NCBI GenBank assembly: GCA_946965045.2
Contig: OX337234.1
Coordinates: 1,860,001 to 1,924,000, forward strand
Direction of reading: 5' to 3'
From: Epithemia pelagica
Lineage: Eukaryota; Protista; Bacillariophyta
Length of the DNA stretch: 64,000 bases
The notes under the pieces were generated by a model. That model saw nothing but the letters and a program-made list of their open reading frames with translations. It was not told the origin of the DNA and did no database searches. The position numbers were made by a program, and so were the translations under genes. Shown here piece by piece: positions 11,498 to 22,248 of this stretch. Numbering within the stretch: position 1 is the first letter of the stretch; the number at the start of each line of letters is the position of its first letter.

Positions 11498-12814
11498 ATG
11501 GCACGTGAACGCAAAGCTGCTCCGAAAAGGCCTCCCGCTGCCGCCGCTTCTAAGGAAGATGGCACGCAAAAGGATGAGCCCCTTGACACGATTCCCAAAA
11601 AGAAGAAAACCCGTGTTGAGAAACGCGAGTCCGACGCTTCGGATGACACTGGAGGCTCCTCCGTGAGACTCGTAGAAGTCCGCTCCCCTGATGGCGTCGT
11701 CAGGAAAGTGTCGAAGGAAGAAGCATCCAAAGCACTGAAGGCGGGGGCATTTTCCTCAAAAGAGGAAGAAAAGAAACCAGCTCAGAAGCTTGCCGAGATT
11801 TTGATCGACGACGATGATTCCCAGGGAGGCGATGGCGAATCAACCGACAAGAACATGGTTTTTGCCAAAATCCTTGACCGCCATATTCCCCGAACAATTT
11901 CCTTCCCCTCTACGGTGAAACGCACTTGCTCAGCGGCCTTCGGGCTTGCTTCGGCAATGGACGATTGCTTGTGGTTTTACAAAGCGGACCGTGGCGGAGG
12001 CTCCATGATTCCGGAGCTCCAAAACCTACGCGACCATGGAGCGAAGAAGATTGCGGATCGTTTGAACCTCCTACAGAACGTGAACAACGTGATCCAGCAC
12101 ACACTACAACCCTTTTATCAATGGGTGTGCTTGACGGAGCCCATTAACATTCTACACAAAAGCCCCGTCTTGCCGATTGTGGTACTTCTTCCTCCTGGTC
12201 GCCGCAAGGATGACCCAAAGAAGTTTCTTCCGAACAAGTTCCATGGTTTTGCCGTGGTCCAAAACTGGATCTACGATGCACAGGAAACGATCAGCCGGGA
12301 AGTGACGGAAGACCGTCTCGTCCAATACGGCTACCTCGAGGAAGGTGTATGGGGCGACGAGTCCGAGTCCTCTGAAGAGGAAGCCGAAAAGGATGAATCT
12401 CCCAAGAAGAATTCCATTATGGAGGATGAGGCGCTTTCCTCGGAAGACAAAAACGCTGAGGAACCGGCTTCACTCACCCCTGTCCCACAGCAAGAATGTG
12501 AGCCGGCGAAGCCAACGCAACCATCGAAACCGTTTATCAAACCACCGTTGGTTGTGGCTGAAGGTGTAAAGCATTACGCCGTGGTAATCAACGGAGCTTG
12601 GGTGACAAGCATGGCTACGGAAAAGATGGCCGATCTCAAAGAAGGTGGGGAACCCACTATTCCCACTCACATTGAAACGGGCTCCCGAGCCGGTACGACT
12701 CAGGTTCACAGCAACACGGCCCATCGTGGTTCCGCTGCTCCCCCTCGTGGTAGTGGATGGGGAGCCACACCAGCTCCTTCCAACCGCCGCTCTTCTCATG
12801 GGAGTCACCACTGA
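11498..12814 (+). CDS. uncharacterised transposon-associated protein, putative papain-like (Cys-His-Asp) peptidase fold
   Basis: Long ORF with charged low-complexity ends and a core carrying TCSAAFGLASAM (Cys 11927) and FHGFAVVQNWIYDAQE (His 12242, Asp 12275). The function is inferred. Confidence 0.55.
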   Translation: MARERKAAPKRPPAAAASKEDGTQKDEPLDTIPKKKKTRVEKRESDASDDTGGSSVRLVEVRSPDGVVRKVSKEEASKALKAGAFSSKEEEKKPAQKLAEILIDDDDSQGGDGESTDKNMVFAKILDRHIPRTISFPSTVKRTCSAAFGLASAMDDCLWFYKADRGGGSMIPELQNLRDHGAKKIADRLNLLQNVNNVIQHTLQPFYQWVCLTEPINILHKSPVLPIVVLLPPGRRKDDPKKFLPNKFHGFAVVQNWIYDAQETISREVTEDRLVQYGYLEEGVWGDESESSEEEAEKDESPKKNSIMEDEALSSEDKNAEEPASLTPVPQQECEPAKPTQPSKPFIKPPLVVAEGVKHYAVVINGAWVTSMATEKMADLKEGGEPTIPTHIETGSRAGTTQVHSNTAHRGSAAPPRGSGWGATPAPSNRRSSHGSHH

Positions 12815-13044
12815 GAAGCACCATATGCACGTGGATGGCCATTTCCCACGGCTCCCTAAGCGATGGATATGAGTGAGTCTCTCCATTCCGCTATTCTTCT
12901 AATGGGCAAGTTTGAAACTTGACTGTAACCATGATAGAACATGTTGGCAAACACTACTCTGTCTTTTATCGTTCGTATTACTATCGCAAATGGCAAACAG
13001 TCACCGCATGAAACACAACGCGGAGACGGCCGTAATCCAGTTTC

Positions 13045-16000
13045 CTACTTTTTGGCTTTGCTCGACTTTGGACAACTCTTGTCATGAGGTGGACGGCCAT
13101 TTCGGTTGGGACGACAGGCCCACTGAAGAAATGGCTGACAGCATACCTGATGCTGAGCCTTTGGACGGGCCGTTTCTGCAATATTTCCCCATCCCCATCC
13201 TTGTGCTTGTGGATACTGAGGCACTGGTCCGCCAAACATCGGGTAACCACCTCGAGGAACAAGGAACGGCGGATGACTACCCTCCATCTGGGCGGGCACG
13301 CAGTAAAGCTGGTTACTCCAACCTGGAATATCAGGGGAAGCTTTCACAGGAGACAGTTTTTGCGGCGATAGAGGAACAGGAGACAGGTCAACCAAAGTTG
13401 GAGACGAATCATCGCAACTGGGTGTGGACGATGCCTTTTTGGAGGAACTGGATGGTGATGCCTTCTTGGAGGAATCAAACACAGCCTTCGTAACGACATC
13501 CACAGATGAGGGCGTCTCTTCGTTCTTCGATTTGACTGGTGTCGCGATAAGAGGGGAGGACCAAACACTGTCCGCTTCCTTCGAAGATGGACCATTCTTG
13601 TTTGGGAGCAATGGCGATTTCTTCTTGTCATGAACAAGAGGAACCGGATTATTTCCACACTGATCACAGTAACAACGATCATTTAAGGGAGACGATTGGA
13701 AAGCAGCCTGCCTTGCTCGCTCCTGAATCCAATACTCTGAAAAGAACCGCTCGCCGTTGTCTTCAGGCAACTCACGAGCATACTCGAAAGGAATTGTTGG
13801 ATATCCGGACTCCTTTGCGAGATCGTTGATGTAACCGAGCTCGGAATGGTTGTAAAATGTGGGATTATTGGCCCAATATGCTGGAACATTCGGCCGTTCA
13901 TCGACTGGTGTTGCAGCCATACGAAGCCGATGACGGATTCTCGTGTTGTACATTGTTGTACCTAACAAGTTGACATTGTCGCACAAGGAAGAACGCATTC
14001 CAACATTACCGAAGTGAGCAAGGTGATCATGGAACCCCTCGAGTTTCGATTCACATCGCAACGAACTGTACTCGGCCAAACCATGACGAGTCGTCTTCGT
14101 GGGTGGGATAACGCGATACATATCCTGAACAGGCACAATGTCCTGAATATGTGCCGCATTCTTCTTCTGCTCTTCCACGGCGGTCTTGGTATCGACGGTG
14201 AAAAGCTTCTTTCCTGTAATGGGATCGGGGCGTCCGCGACCAGGTCGTTCGATGGGATCGGAAGAGTCAACCTTGTAATTACAGAACCATTCTTCAAGCT
14301 TCTGTCGAATGACATCAGGGGGCCTGATTTTCTTCATGAGGAACTTTCCATACTTCTTACGGAAATCCTTGGACATTTCGATGTCAAGGATATCTTGATC
14401 AGACAATGGTTTCTTGTCTCGACCCATATTTCCTGCACGAAGAGCCTGTACCAATGCCTGGTACGTTTCGGGCTCCCACTCATAGATGCAATGGCAGAGT
14501 TCTCGCAAAGCTCTATGATAATCGATGTGGCCCTGACGAAGCGTTTTGATGATCCTTTGTTGAAAATGGTACAAACCGAGTCGCCCAGTCAGTACCGCAC
14601 CGAACAAGATCTTCCAGAACGCGTCCTTAGCAGGGTACGTGTCACTGTACATGGCAACCGGATTGAAATGTGGTCGACGGGCCAATTGCTCGGCGGCATG
14701 CGCAATATCAGCCACCCCAGTGCCTCCTGTCAATACAACGGAAGCGATTTCACCGGTTTCGGTTGCTGTATCCCAAGCGGCCGCCGCTCCAAGCTTCTTG
14801 GTGTAGTTCTTGACCATCTCCATTGTATGGTCTTGGGCAAAGAAAGCGTTGGTTCCAACTGATTGCATCTCGCGAACACACCGATCATGATCGCTTACCC
14901 CATAAGGTGTAAGGTTCGAAGCGCAAGCTTCATCAAACAGATCTCGAATCGTATCACCAGCTGGGGGCATGGTTGGCATGAACTCTTCAAAGCTGGGATA
15001 CTCTGCAGGGGTGACTGGGTTGTCGCTGTGAGCATTGTAATGGCTCATGAAAGAGACATACTCAGCGAACCGACGGAGGTAGTCCTTACTTCCTCGGCTC
15101 GCAATCAATCGCGCAAGCTGTTCGCCGTTTCCGTACGTTACCATATTCTCTTGCACAACATGACAGCAGTCGAGGTCGAGATGGCAGTTGCCCGCTCCAG
15201 CATACTTCGGCTCCACGGGGTATGCATTACGCACGTACTCGGGTAACGTGAGAAGCACACGACCATCATTGCCATTGTACCGCTTCCCACATGTCTGACA
15301 AACATACGACATCACTATGCACCACGATGGCGGTCCGCTCATATTAAACAAGGGCATCAAAGTCTTATTCTTGGAATAATTCGTCCGATCTTGTTTCAGC
15401 ATCCCTCCGTCGCAGGTTGGATCCGGACAAAGGATCTTGATATTGGGGAAATGGGCTTCCCAGTGAACATGATAAAGGGACGTACCCTCGACTGAATGGT
15501 AGAGGGGGTTGAGTGGTCTACCGTAGCTCCTGTCATTGGGGATTACAAACTTGAGACTATGGGGCGGAAACCACAAGTCCAAATCCTCTTTCGACATCTT
15601 TGAAATGAACTCCGCAACTATACTGATGGGTTCAGGGATTCCTTTCTTTTTTTTACTGCCATCTCCACTCAAGCTCCCTTCAACGATGGTAAGAAGGGAA
15701 CCTGTTGGCATTGCCATTGGTGGAAGCATTGTATCTGTTACTCCAGCCGCGACATTCGAGGCAACAAGGGGAGGACCAGTGGGAGGAGATTCGGTCTCAT
15801 TTACTTCCATCTGATCCACAGAGAGGTTCCTGTTCATTTCGGATTCATCCATTTCTGGAGCACCCTGAACAGGAACCATATCTGCATCATCCAAAACAAT
15901 TGGGTCATTTGTATTGCCGCCATTTTGTGGTGGAGGTGGTGGTTGAAGATTCATCTGCCCCTGTGGGGGTGGTTTCAGCTTCTTTGCTTTCGGTTTCGAG

Positions 16001-16578
16001 TCGTCGTCACTTGCCTTCCTTTTCCTATCAGGAGAAGGGACAAAGAAAGTGTACATCGCTTGCTGCTGGACGGCCTCCTTCTGTTTGAGGGGAGACTGGC
16101 GTTGTTGGTTCGATGCAAACACGTCCGTCAGTTTCTTCATGTACTTTGTGCATACTTTTTGGTTTTTGCGATTGCTTCTACTACGAGGGCAAAGATCGTG
16201 ATGTTTTCGATGTGGTTGGGACTTGCCTGCTGCCTCTCTCTTGCAGACAGGGCAGTCTCGAGCTGGGTCAAAGGGGCGGTCCTCATCGTCAGCCTTCTTT
16301 TGACTGTGAGCTGTTGATGACTTGTACTGATGCTCTGGTCTCCTGCGGATTGCTCTACTGTTTGTAGCTCGCTTTTGGCTTTGGACTCCCATTTTCCTCT
16401 CTCCTCTCTCTCCAAATAAGTCAGAAACTAAAGGAAAGCCGGTGGGAACACGTGTTTCGTTCCGTTCTGTGCTGTTGCGGATTGCTTGTGGTAGTGGCTG
16501 CGGTGTCCATCCAACGTATGGGTTGCTCAACCTCTTGGCCGCGCTGTTGCTGCTGCCATTAAGGCCTTCACCTGCCAT
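13045..16578 (-). CDS. Mutator/MULE-like DDE transposase (1177 aa)
   Basis: Intact ORF. Cys clusters CPDPTC and YVCQTC precede a DDE-like core: QDHT, YSDTYP, RLGLYH (CxxH-equivalent), RCESKLEGFH. N- and C-terminal CxxC..H..C motifs. Confidence 0.75.
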   Translation of the reverse strand: MAGEGLNGSSNSAAKRLSNPYVGWTPQPLPQAIRNSTERNETRVPTGFPLVSDLFGERGERKMGVQSQKRATNSRAIRRRPEHQYKSSTAHSQKKADDEDRPFDPARDCPVCKREAAGKSQPHRKHHDLCPRSRSNRKNQKVCTKYMKKLTDVFASNQQRQSPLKQKEAVQQQAMYTFFVPSPDRKRKASDDDSKPKAKKLKPPPQGQMNLQPPPPPQNGGNTNDPIVLDDADMVPVQGAPEMDESEMNRNLSVDQMEVNETESPPTGPPLVASNVAAGVTDTMLPPMAMPTGSLLTIVEGSLSGDGSKKKKGIPEPISIVAEFISKMSKEDLDLWFPPHSLKFVIPNDRSYGRPLNPLYHSVEGTSLYHVHWEAHFPNIKILCPDPTCDGGMLKQDRTNYSKNKTLMPLFNMSGPPSWCIVMSYVCQTCGKRYNGNDGRVLLTLPEYVRNAYPVEPKYAGAGNCHLDLDCCHVVQENMVTYGNGEQLARLIASRGSKDYLRRFAEYVSFMSHYNAHSDNPVTPAEYPSFEEFMPTMPPAGDTIRDLFDEACASNLTPYGVSDHDRCVREMQSVGTNAFFAQDHTMEMVKNYTKKLGAAAAWDTATETGEIASVVLTGGTGVADIAHAAEQLARRPHFNPVAMYSDTYPAKDAFWKILFGAVLTGRLGLYHFQQRIIKTLRQGHIDYHRALRELCHCIYEWEPETYQALVQALRAGNMGRDKKPLSDQDILDIEMSKDFRKKYGKFLMKKIRPPDVIRQKLEEWFCNYKVDSSDPIERPGRGRPDPITGKKLFTVDTKTAVEEQKKNAAHIQDIVPVQDMYRVIPPTKTTRHGLAEYSSLRCESKLEGFHDHLAHFGNVGMRSSLCDNVNLLGTTMYNTRIRHRLRMAATPVDERPNVPAYWANNPTFYNHSELGYINDLAKESGYPTIPFEYARELPEDNGERFFSEYWIQERARQAAFQSSPLNDRCYCDQCGNNPVPLVHDKKKSPLLPNKNGPSSKEADSVWSSPLIATPVKSKNEETPSSVDVVTKAVFDSSKKASPSSSSKKASSTPSCDDSSPTLVDLSPVPLSPQKLSPVKASPDIPGWSNQLYCVPAQMEGSHPPFLVPRGGYPMFGGPVPQYPQAQGWGWGNIAETARPKAQHQVCCQPFLQWACRPNRNGRPPHDKSCPKSSKAKK

Positions 16579-17195
16579 GGTTTTTTTTTAAGCGCTAGCT
16601 TTTTTCCATGCATGTAATAATCCCCTGTTTATGACCATTGCCAAATTTGTTTGATTGTTGTTTTTCGTTTGCCGTAGTGATAGGAAGTTTTTTGGCGCTC
16701 TATCGGCACCCTCATTGTCGATCCATTTTGGGTGCCGATGGATCGGCATGATGAATTGCCTCCATATTCCCTCCATTCCTAAGTCCGATACTCCGTTAAT
16801 TTGTATGGTAGGAAACCTTGTCTTACTTCGTCACTCTAGTCTAATGTATAGTCAAATATTTCAAAACCTTGGAGGTTTTCAAAGGTTTGTCTAAGTAATA
16901 TAGTAGGAACGACATAGGTTTTGGAGGTTTTCGACCAATCATATCTCTGCCTTAGCTAAGTGTAGTCCTCCCCCCCCCCCCCCAATGTCCCCAAGGACCG
17001 GGACTGATCTTTCCAGTCCCGACCACCCGAATTAAACACCAACAACAACACACAACCACAAACCACACATTTAGGCCATAGACCAAAGACCATACGAAGC
17101 GCGACCTTCCGAGAACAGACCGACCAAAACGAAAACCCAACCCTGAGCTGAGTCAAGACCAGTCCGATTTCCTCCTATGACCAGTCGCAATTCTA

Positions 17196-18492
17196 ATGTC
17201 GCTGTCAACGGGTGAATTAAAGCAAGAGAATCTAGTTCCCGACAGCATGTCTCTTAACACTACGGGTGATGGTCTCGAAGGTCAATACCGAGGAGAAAGT
17301 AATGATTCCCGCATCTCGTTTGAATTGTCGGCGGATTCAGCGGAAGATGGTGCACAGTTGCCACTGGGCTCTGAGCCAACTGGTCTCGATGACCAGTTCC
17401 CCTCGCAGGGCTCGTCACCTGCTGAAGGCGAAGATGCCGACGGCGTAAATCGACCTTCGAACACAATACTCTTATGTACAGCTTTTACCTCTTTCATGAC
17501 GTTTGCGTCTGTTCAACTGTTTTTCGCTTTTTATGCGGACTCGCAGGCCATGAAAGGGGATAGCGCTGCGATGGTCGTTGATTCAATGACGTACCTGTTC
17601 AATTGGTATGCTGAGAAACAGAAAACACGGTTCGACGAAGATCACGGTGCAAACTCCAATGCCAGGGTTGGACATATTTCGAGGGAAAGAAGAAAACTCG
17701 TCTTGAGGCTCGAAATCATTCCACCGCTTGTTTCTGTGACAACTCTCGTTGTTGTGACCATTATTGTTTTAAAACAGGCCATCGAGGTTCTATATCTTGA
17801 TACAAAACGAAGCAAATCCGAGCAGGCGGATCCAAAAATACATCTTATGATGACATTCTCCGTTGTAAACTTGGGGTTGGATTTTCTGAATGTGTTTTGT
17901 TTCGCACGGGCAAAACATCTTCTTGGATTTGAAACCGCAGTTCATAGTCACTCTCCAAGAGCTCCTGTCACGTCGACGTTTGACGAGACTGACAAAGATC
18001 TTGGGACGTCGTATTTAAATGTACAACAAGAAAGCCCCAGTGGAGAAATGCGACGCGATGGCGATGAGTCTGGCGAAGACGAGGACCTAGACAACCGCTC
18101 CACAGGGAGCGTGGTTGATAAGACGAACCTGAACATGGTACGCAGGTTGTGAAGTAAAGCACTGACTTGGTTCCTTGTCACTTACCCGGATCTTTTTACA
18201 GTGTTCTGCATATACACATGTTTTTGCTGATACTTTACGTAGTATCGCTGTGATTCTCGCTGCTTTGGTTGCTGAATTGACGTCTGTAACATCTGAGGAA
18301 GCCGATTCTGCCGCGGCGATTGCAGTGTCAATTCTAATCCTCTTGAGTTTAATTCCGCTGTTGCAAGGAATGTATCAGAGTGCCATCGAGTTACGAGCAA
18401 TTCGTAGACAAGAGCGCTTAGAGAAAAATTCTTGCGGTATTATACCTACAGATGAAATGCCTGTCGAAAGAGATGGTACAAATATAATATGA
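17196..18492 (+). CDS. cation diffusion facilitator (CDF/SLC30-like) metal transporter, 2 exons
   Basis: DSQAMKGDSAAMVVD and NLNM|CSAYTHVFADTLRS motifs. GT-AG intron 18138-18201 joins the two ORFs in frame. Confidence 0.85.
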
Positions 18493-18604
18493 CACTACAA
18501 ATATCTGTCCAGCAAGATATCAGCCACAGTCACTTATAGATAGATAGACTATTCCACGAAGCAGCCCCCTAAAGATTCACTGAAACCAGATGAAATGATA
18601 ACTA

Positions 18605-19591
18605 TCAGGCATGATAATGCGTGTGACCGTATGGGTCAATTTGTGAAACTTGGTCGTGGGATCCGTAGGCATCATATGATATTGAACTCCCAACTCCACT
18701 TGGGTCGTGAAAATACGTCCCATCTGAAGGTGGTGCAGCTGCTTGGTTGGCCGTGTACTGCTGCATCTCCACCTGAAAACGAACTTTATCTGAAGCAGCC
18801 ATATCCTCATAACGTTTCTTTTCGTCTGGATTTAGAGCACGCCAACGTTCGCCAAGGACTTTGCCAAGGTCGACGAACTTTATCCCTGGATACTCTGCGA
18901 GAACTTTTGGGCGCATCTCATTTGTGAAGAACACATACGCACCAGAGGCACGTTTCGGAGCCGCAGGGTCCTTGGGTCCCCGTTTGTTGCGTCGCTTTGG
19001 TCGTTGATCGTCGATAAGGATACCACGAGCGTCATGGCCTGGTGGAGGAACGTAGGTCGAAATTTCCGCGTCGTACCGCTCCTTGTCCTGTTGCGCTCGT
19101 GACTCCCAAGTTGCTTTTTCCTCGGTTGTCAGATTTTTGTACATATGCGAAGTATACTTGGCGAGTTGACCGAAAGTCATACCGGGGTTCTCCCGCTTGA
19201 ATTGATCTCTCATAGCATTTTGGTACAGCAGATAGGCAGACATATTGCGCTTTGGAGCATTAGCATCCTTTTCCGGTTTCCCCTTCTTTCCCCCTTTCGT
19301 CACCACGGGGCTAACTACAGCGTCTCCTTTTGAATCATAGCCGGGTGGTGGCACATACATATTTAATTCGTTGATATAGCGGGCCTTGTCGGCCTCAGCT
19401 CGGCTGACCCAGGCTTCCTTCTCGGTCTGAGGGAGCTCGCTGTACATCGCAGAGGTATACTTCGCAAGTTGACCAAAAGTCATGCCAGGGTTTAGAGCCT
19501 TGAACTGGTCCCGCATCGCATTCTGATAGAGTAGGTAGGCCGAAAGGTTCCGTTTAGGAGCATTAGGATCACGAGCAAGTTTCTTTGTCAT
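18605..19591 (-). CDS. HMG-box protein with three HMG boxes
   Basis: Three copies of D(P/A)xAPKR..(S)AY...W..L...EK..(W/Y) box motifs. Confidence 0.93.
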   Translation of the reverse strand: MTKKLARDPNAPKRNLSAYLLYQNAMRDQFKALNPGMTFGQLAKYTSAMYSELPQTEKEAWVSRAEADKARYINELNMYVPPPGYDSKGDAVVSPVVTKGGKKGKPEKDANAPKRNMSAYLLYQNAMRDQFKRENPGMTFGQLAKYTSHMYKNLTTEEKATWESRAQQDKERYDAEISTYVPPPGHDARGILIDDQRPKRRNKRGPKDPAAPKRASGAYVFFTNEMRPKVLAEYPGIKFVDLGKVLGERWRALNPDEKKRYEDMAASDKVRFQVEMQQYTANQAAAPPSDGTYFHDPSGVGSSISYDAYGSHDQVSQIDPYGHTHYHA

Positions 19592-20600
19592 ATCGCTAGC
19601 CTAAAATCTACCCAGGAAATGAAGGAGACAGGAGTTAGCCAACAAGAGCGGACGGACAGGTGGACAGACGACATAAAGAAAATATGGACCAATCACAGAT
19701 TCTTCGAGTACCGTTCCATGCGGTGTCCTCCGTCCTCCACACTCCACACGAGTCCTGCGTAGAACCTCGTACCGCATGGACTTGGTACCAAGCTTTACAT
19801 ACGCAATGGAGACTGTTGATCATGTACCGTCGTTTTCGCTTGGTACATACTCTACGGCGTCGAAAACACTACAAACCCGTTCATCCCGGAATCAGTTCAC
19901 ACAGACTAACAGCATTATCCAAACGCATTTTGCATCACTCACAGATCGTTATAGTGATTTGGCGGTGTTGGACCGGCCAAAACTAGAAAATGACGGCGAC
20001 GACTGAGCAGCGAGCTTTTTAACAGGTTATGGTTCCTTTTTATCGCTGCCCACATCAGACGGTCATGGTTTTCTTCGCTCGTCGCCCGCCATCATCCTCA
20101 TTGTCCAAACAAAACGAATTATTCTTTCGTTGCTCTGTCAAAAGAATAAAAACATGAAGGATAATTCTAAGCAATAGCGCGCATCTCGAGAGTCTCGGAG
20201 AGATTGAGCAATGAGCTGAATAATGATCTGATTTGTGTCGTTGGGGACGCATGACGCATTTGCCTTGCCCTATGACTGAAGTTTAAGATTTGTTTGAGAT
20301 GCTTGAAAATGGAATCAAGAAATAACCAATTCTTGTGTGATGTCTGCAATAATCGAGGATTCCCTAAATCGAACGATCATGCTTGATATTGCTCGTTCGT
20401 TGTGGTACTGTCCATATTCAAGGATAAAAGGATAAATTTGTCGGTGTTGTCCATCCTGGTTTCCGTTCACGTCCTTTTATGTTACACCTTGGATATCATC
20501 ACACCATATATTCTTCTATTTCCATGGATGTAAATCTAAGTGAAGGCTTGCTTTTGCCCCCCAAGGAAAAATGCCAGTTACACTTTGAAATAGTGGTACT

Positions 20601-20744
20601 CGTTCGTGCTCTCAATCTCACTTTTGAGACATTGAACGTGCGTAGAGTGGCTGAATATATTGAATTGATTTATCATGATCGCGTTCGAGCATGGCTCACG
20701 AAGTGTCCAATCATCATGAGGCTTTTTCTGTTTCGGTCACATGC
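20601..20744 (+). ncRNA. candidate box H/ACA-like snoRNA, copy 1
   Basis: Two hairpins (cgttc/gaacg + tctcaa/ttgaga; gatcg/cggtc + catg/catg) ending in ACA+3 nt at 20739-20744. No canonical H box seen. Confidence 0.4.
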
Positions 20745-20784
20745 TGAATGTTTTTACGGTTCGCCTCTGAAATATTGTTGCACC

Positions 20785-20908
20785 CTCGTGGTCTCAGTGT
20801 ACTGCTCAGACGGCGATCCGTAATGAAAGGACCGATCATATCACGTTTGAGCATCGTTCCGGAAGTGTCCAATCAACAGATGAGGCTTTTTGCTGTGTGG
20901 TCACATGT
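20785..20908 (+). ncRNA. candidate box H/ACA-like snoRNA, copy 2
   Basis: Paralogue of copy 1 with H box AAAGGA (20826-20831), stem gatcata/tgtggtc, stem catc/gatg and ACA at 20903-20905. Confidence 0.45.
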
Positions 20909-21245
20909 CAAGCTTGTTCGACTTCGACTTCTGGACAACAGCAAAATCCAGGCGTACTGTAACTTTTAACCCGGGATCCTTGTAGAGGAGATCTGACAGA
21001 GGTAGAGTAGCAGGTAGTTAGTCGTGAGTCACGAGTTGATCATTCACGTCACGCTCCCGTTACCTCATACCGCCTTACTTTATTTACTTTCTAGAAAATC
21101 TGCTTGGGTCCACTCTTGCTGAACTTCGTAGCAGTAACAACCGCAGCTACGGAGATTAGAAGTACGAAAAGGTAAGCATTTTGTCGGCGTGGTTGGTGAC
21201 CACTCAGAGACTACGTCATTTTGCTCACATAGTTGTCGATGCTAG

Positions 21246-21797
21246 ATGACTGTCGCTGGACCAATGCGTCAATACCAAGTGGTTGGGCGTCGTGCTGCCG
21301 ACGAGGAGCACCCCAACCCAGAAGCCTATCGCATGATCATTTTTGCTCCAAATCCCGTCATCGCAAAGTCAAAATTTTGGTATTACATGCACCAGTTTCG
21401 AAAGATGAAGAAAACGACCGGCGAAATCTTGGACTGCGTCGAACTTGTGGAAAAGTATTCTCGTGTTGTGAAGACGTACGGAATTTGGCTTCGTTACGAC
21501 TCTCGTTCTGGAACACACAACATGTATCGTGAATTTAGAGATGTCAAACTTACAGGAGCCGTCAGTCAGCTTTATGACGAAATGGCTGGACGACACCGTA
21601 CACGTCCCCGCTCTATCCGAATTATTCGAACGGCCGAGGTCAAGGATGAAGATGTAAAGCGAGCGAATCCCATGCAATATATTGGTGATAGCGTGAAATT
21701 CCCCTTGCCACACCGGGTTGCGTCGGGCAAGAGAGGACAAAAAGCTCTTTCATCACGAACATTCTCAAAGAACCGTCCCTCAACTTTCTTCGGATAA
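21246..21797 (+). CDS. RPL18A: 60S ribosomal protein L18a (eL20)
   Basis: MRQYQVVGR..., AKSKFWY, GIWLRYDSRSGTHNMYREFRD. Probable 5'UTR intron 21172-21245. Confidence 0.96.
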   Translation: MTVAGPMRQYQVVGRRAADEEHPNPEAYRMIIFAPNPVIAKSKFWYYMHQFRKMKKTTGEILDCVELVEKYSRVVKTYGIWLRYDSRSGTHNMYREFRDVKLTGAVSQLYDEMAGRHRTRPRSIRIIRTAEVKDEDVKRANPMQYIGDSVKFPLPHRVASGKRGQKALSSRTFSKNRPSTFFG

Positions 21798-22248
21798 CAA
21801 GGAACTTAATGACATCAAAAAATCAAAAACCCCATGAAGTGTATTCAGCTTTTAGTTTAGATGCTTCTTTCAACGGGCTGTTCTCTTTGCAGTAAATGAG
21901 CAGCGCAGAGCTTACTCTTTTCCATTCAAGGCATGATCCCATCCTTAGGGGAAGTTGACGTCAAACAGACTTGCTCCATGTGAGGAAGGAAGATGTCATA
22001 ATGCACGAAAACGAAAGTGTGTTAGCGTTGGAAAATGGAAACACTGACCACGCAAAGACCGAGTCATGAATCAAGAACACATAAACCTGCCGACAGACAG
22101 TAGTGTTTTCTGTTTTCTGATGGCTGCTCTGATCTCCACTCATTGTTGATGGATCAAAGAACTTACTCAGTTGTCGCCGAGTTGAGACCAGACTTTATTG
22201 GTTCGACAAGATTCAGGCTCTTTCAATTGTTGGTGGGTCACAGCTATC

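Larger units (their letters stand above)
10977..17012 (-). mobile_element. putative DNA transposon carrying the transposase and a convergent second ORF; ends not defined
   Basis: Two-ORF cassette lying between the YR element and the first host gene. No clear TIR or TSD found. Confidence 0.45.

Noticed and set aside
12912-15246. Plus-strand ORFs 12912..13493, 14014..14862 and 14863..15246
   Set aside because: Antisense to the transposase ORF; no recognisable domains.
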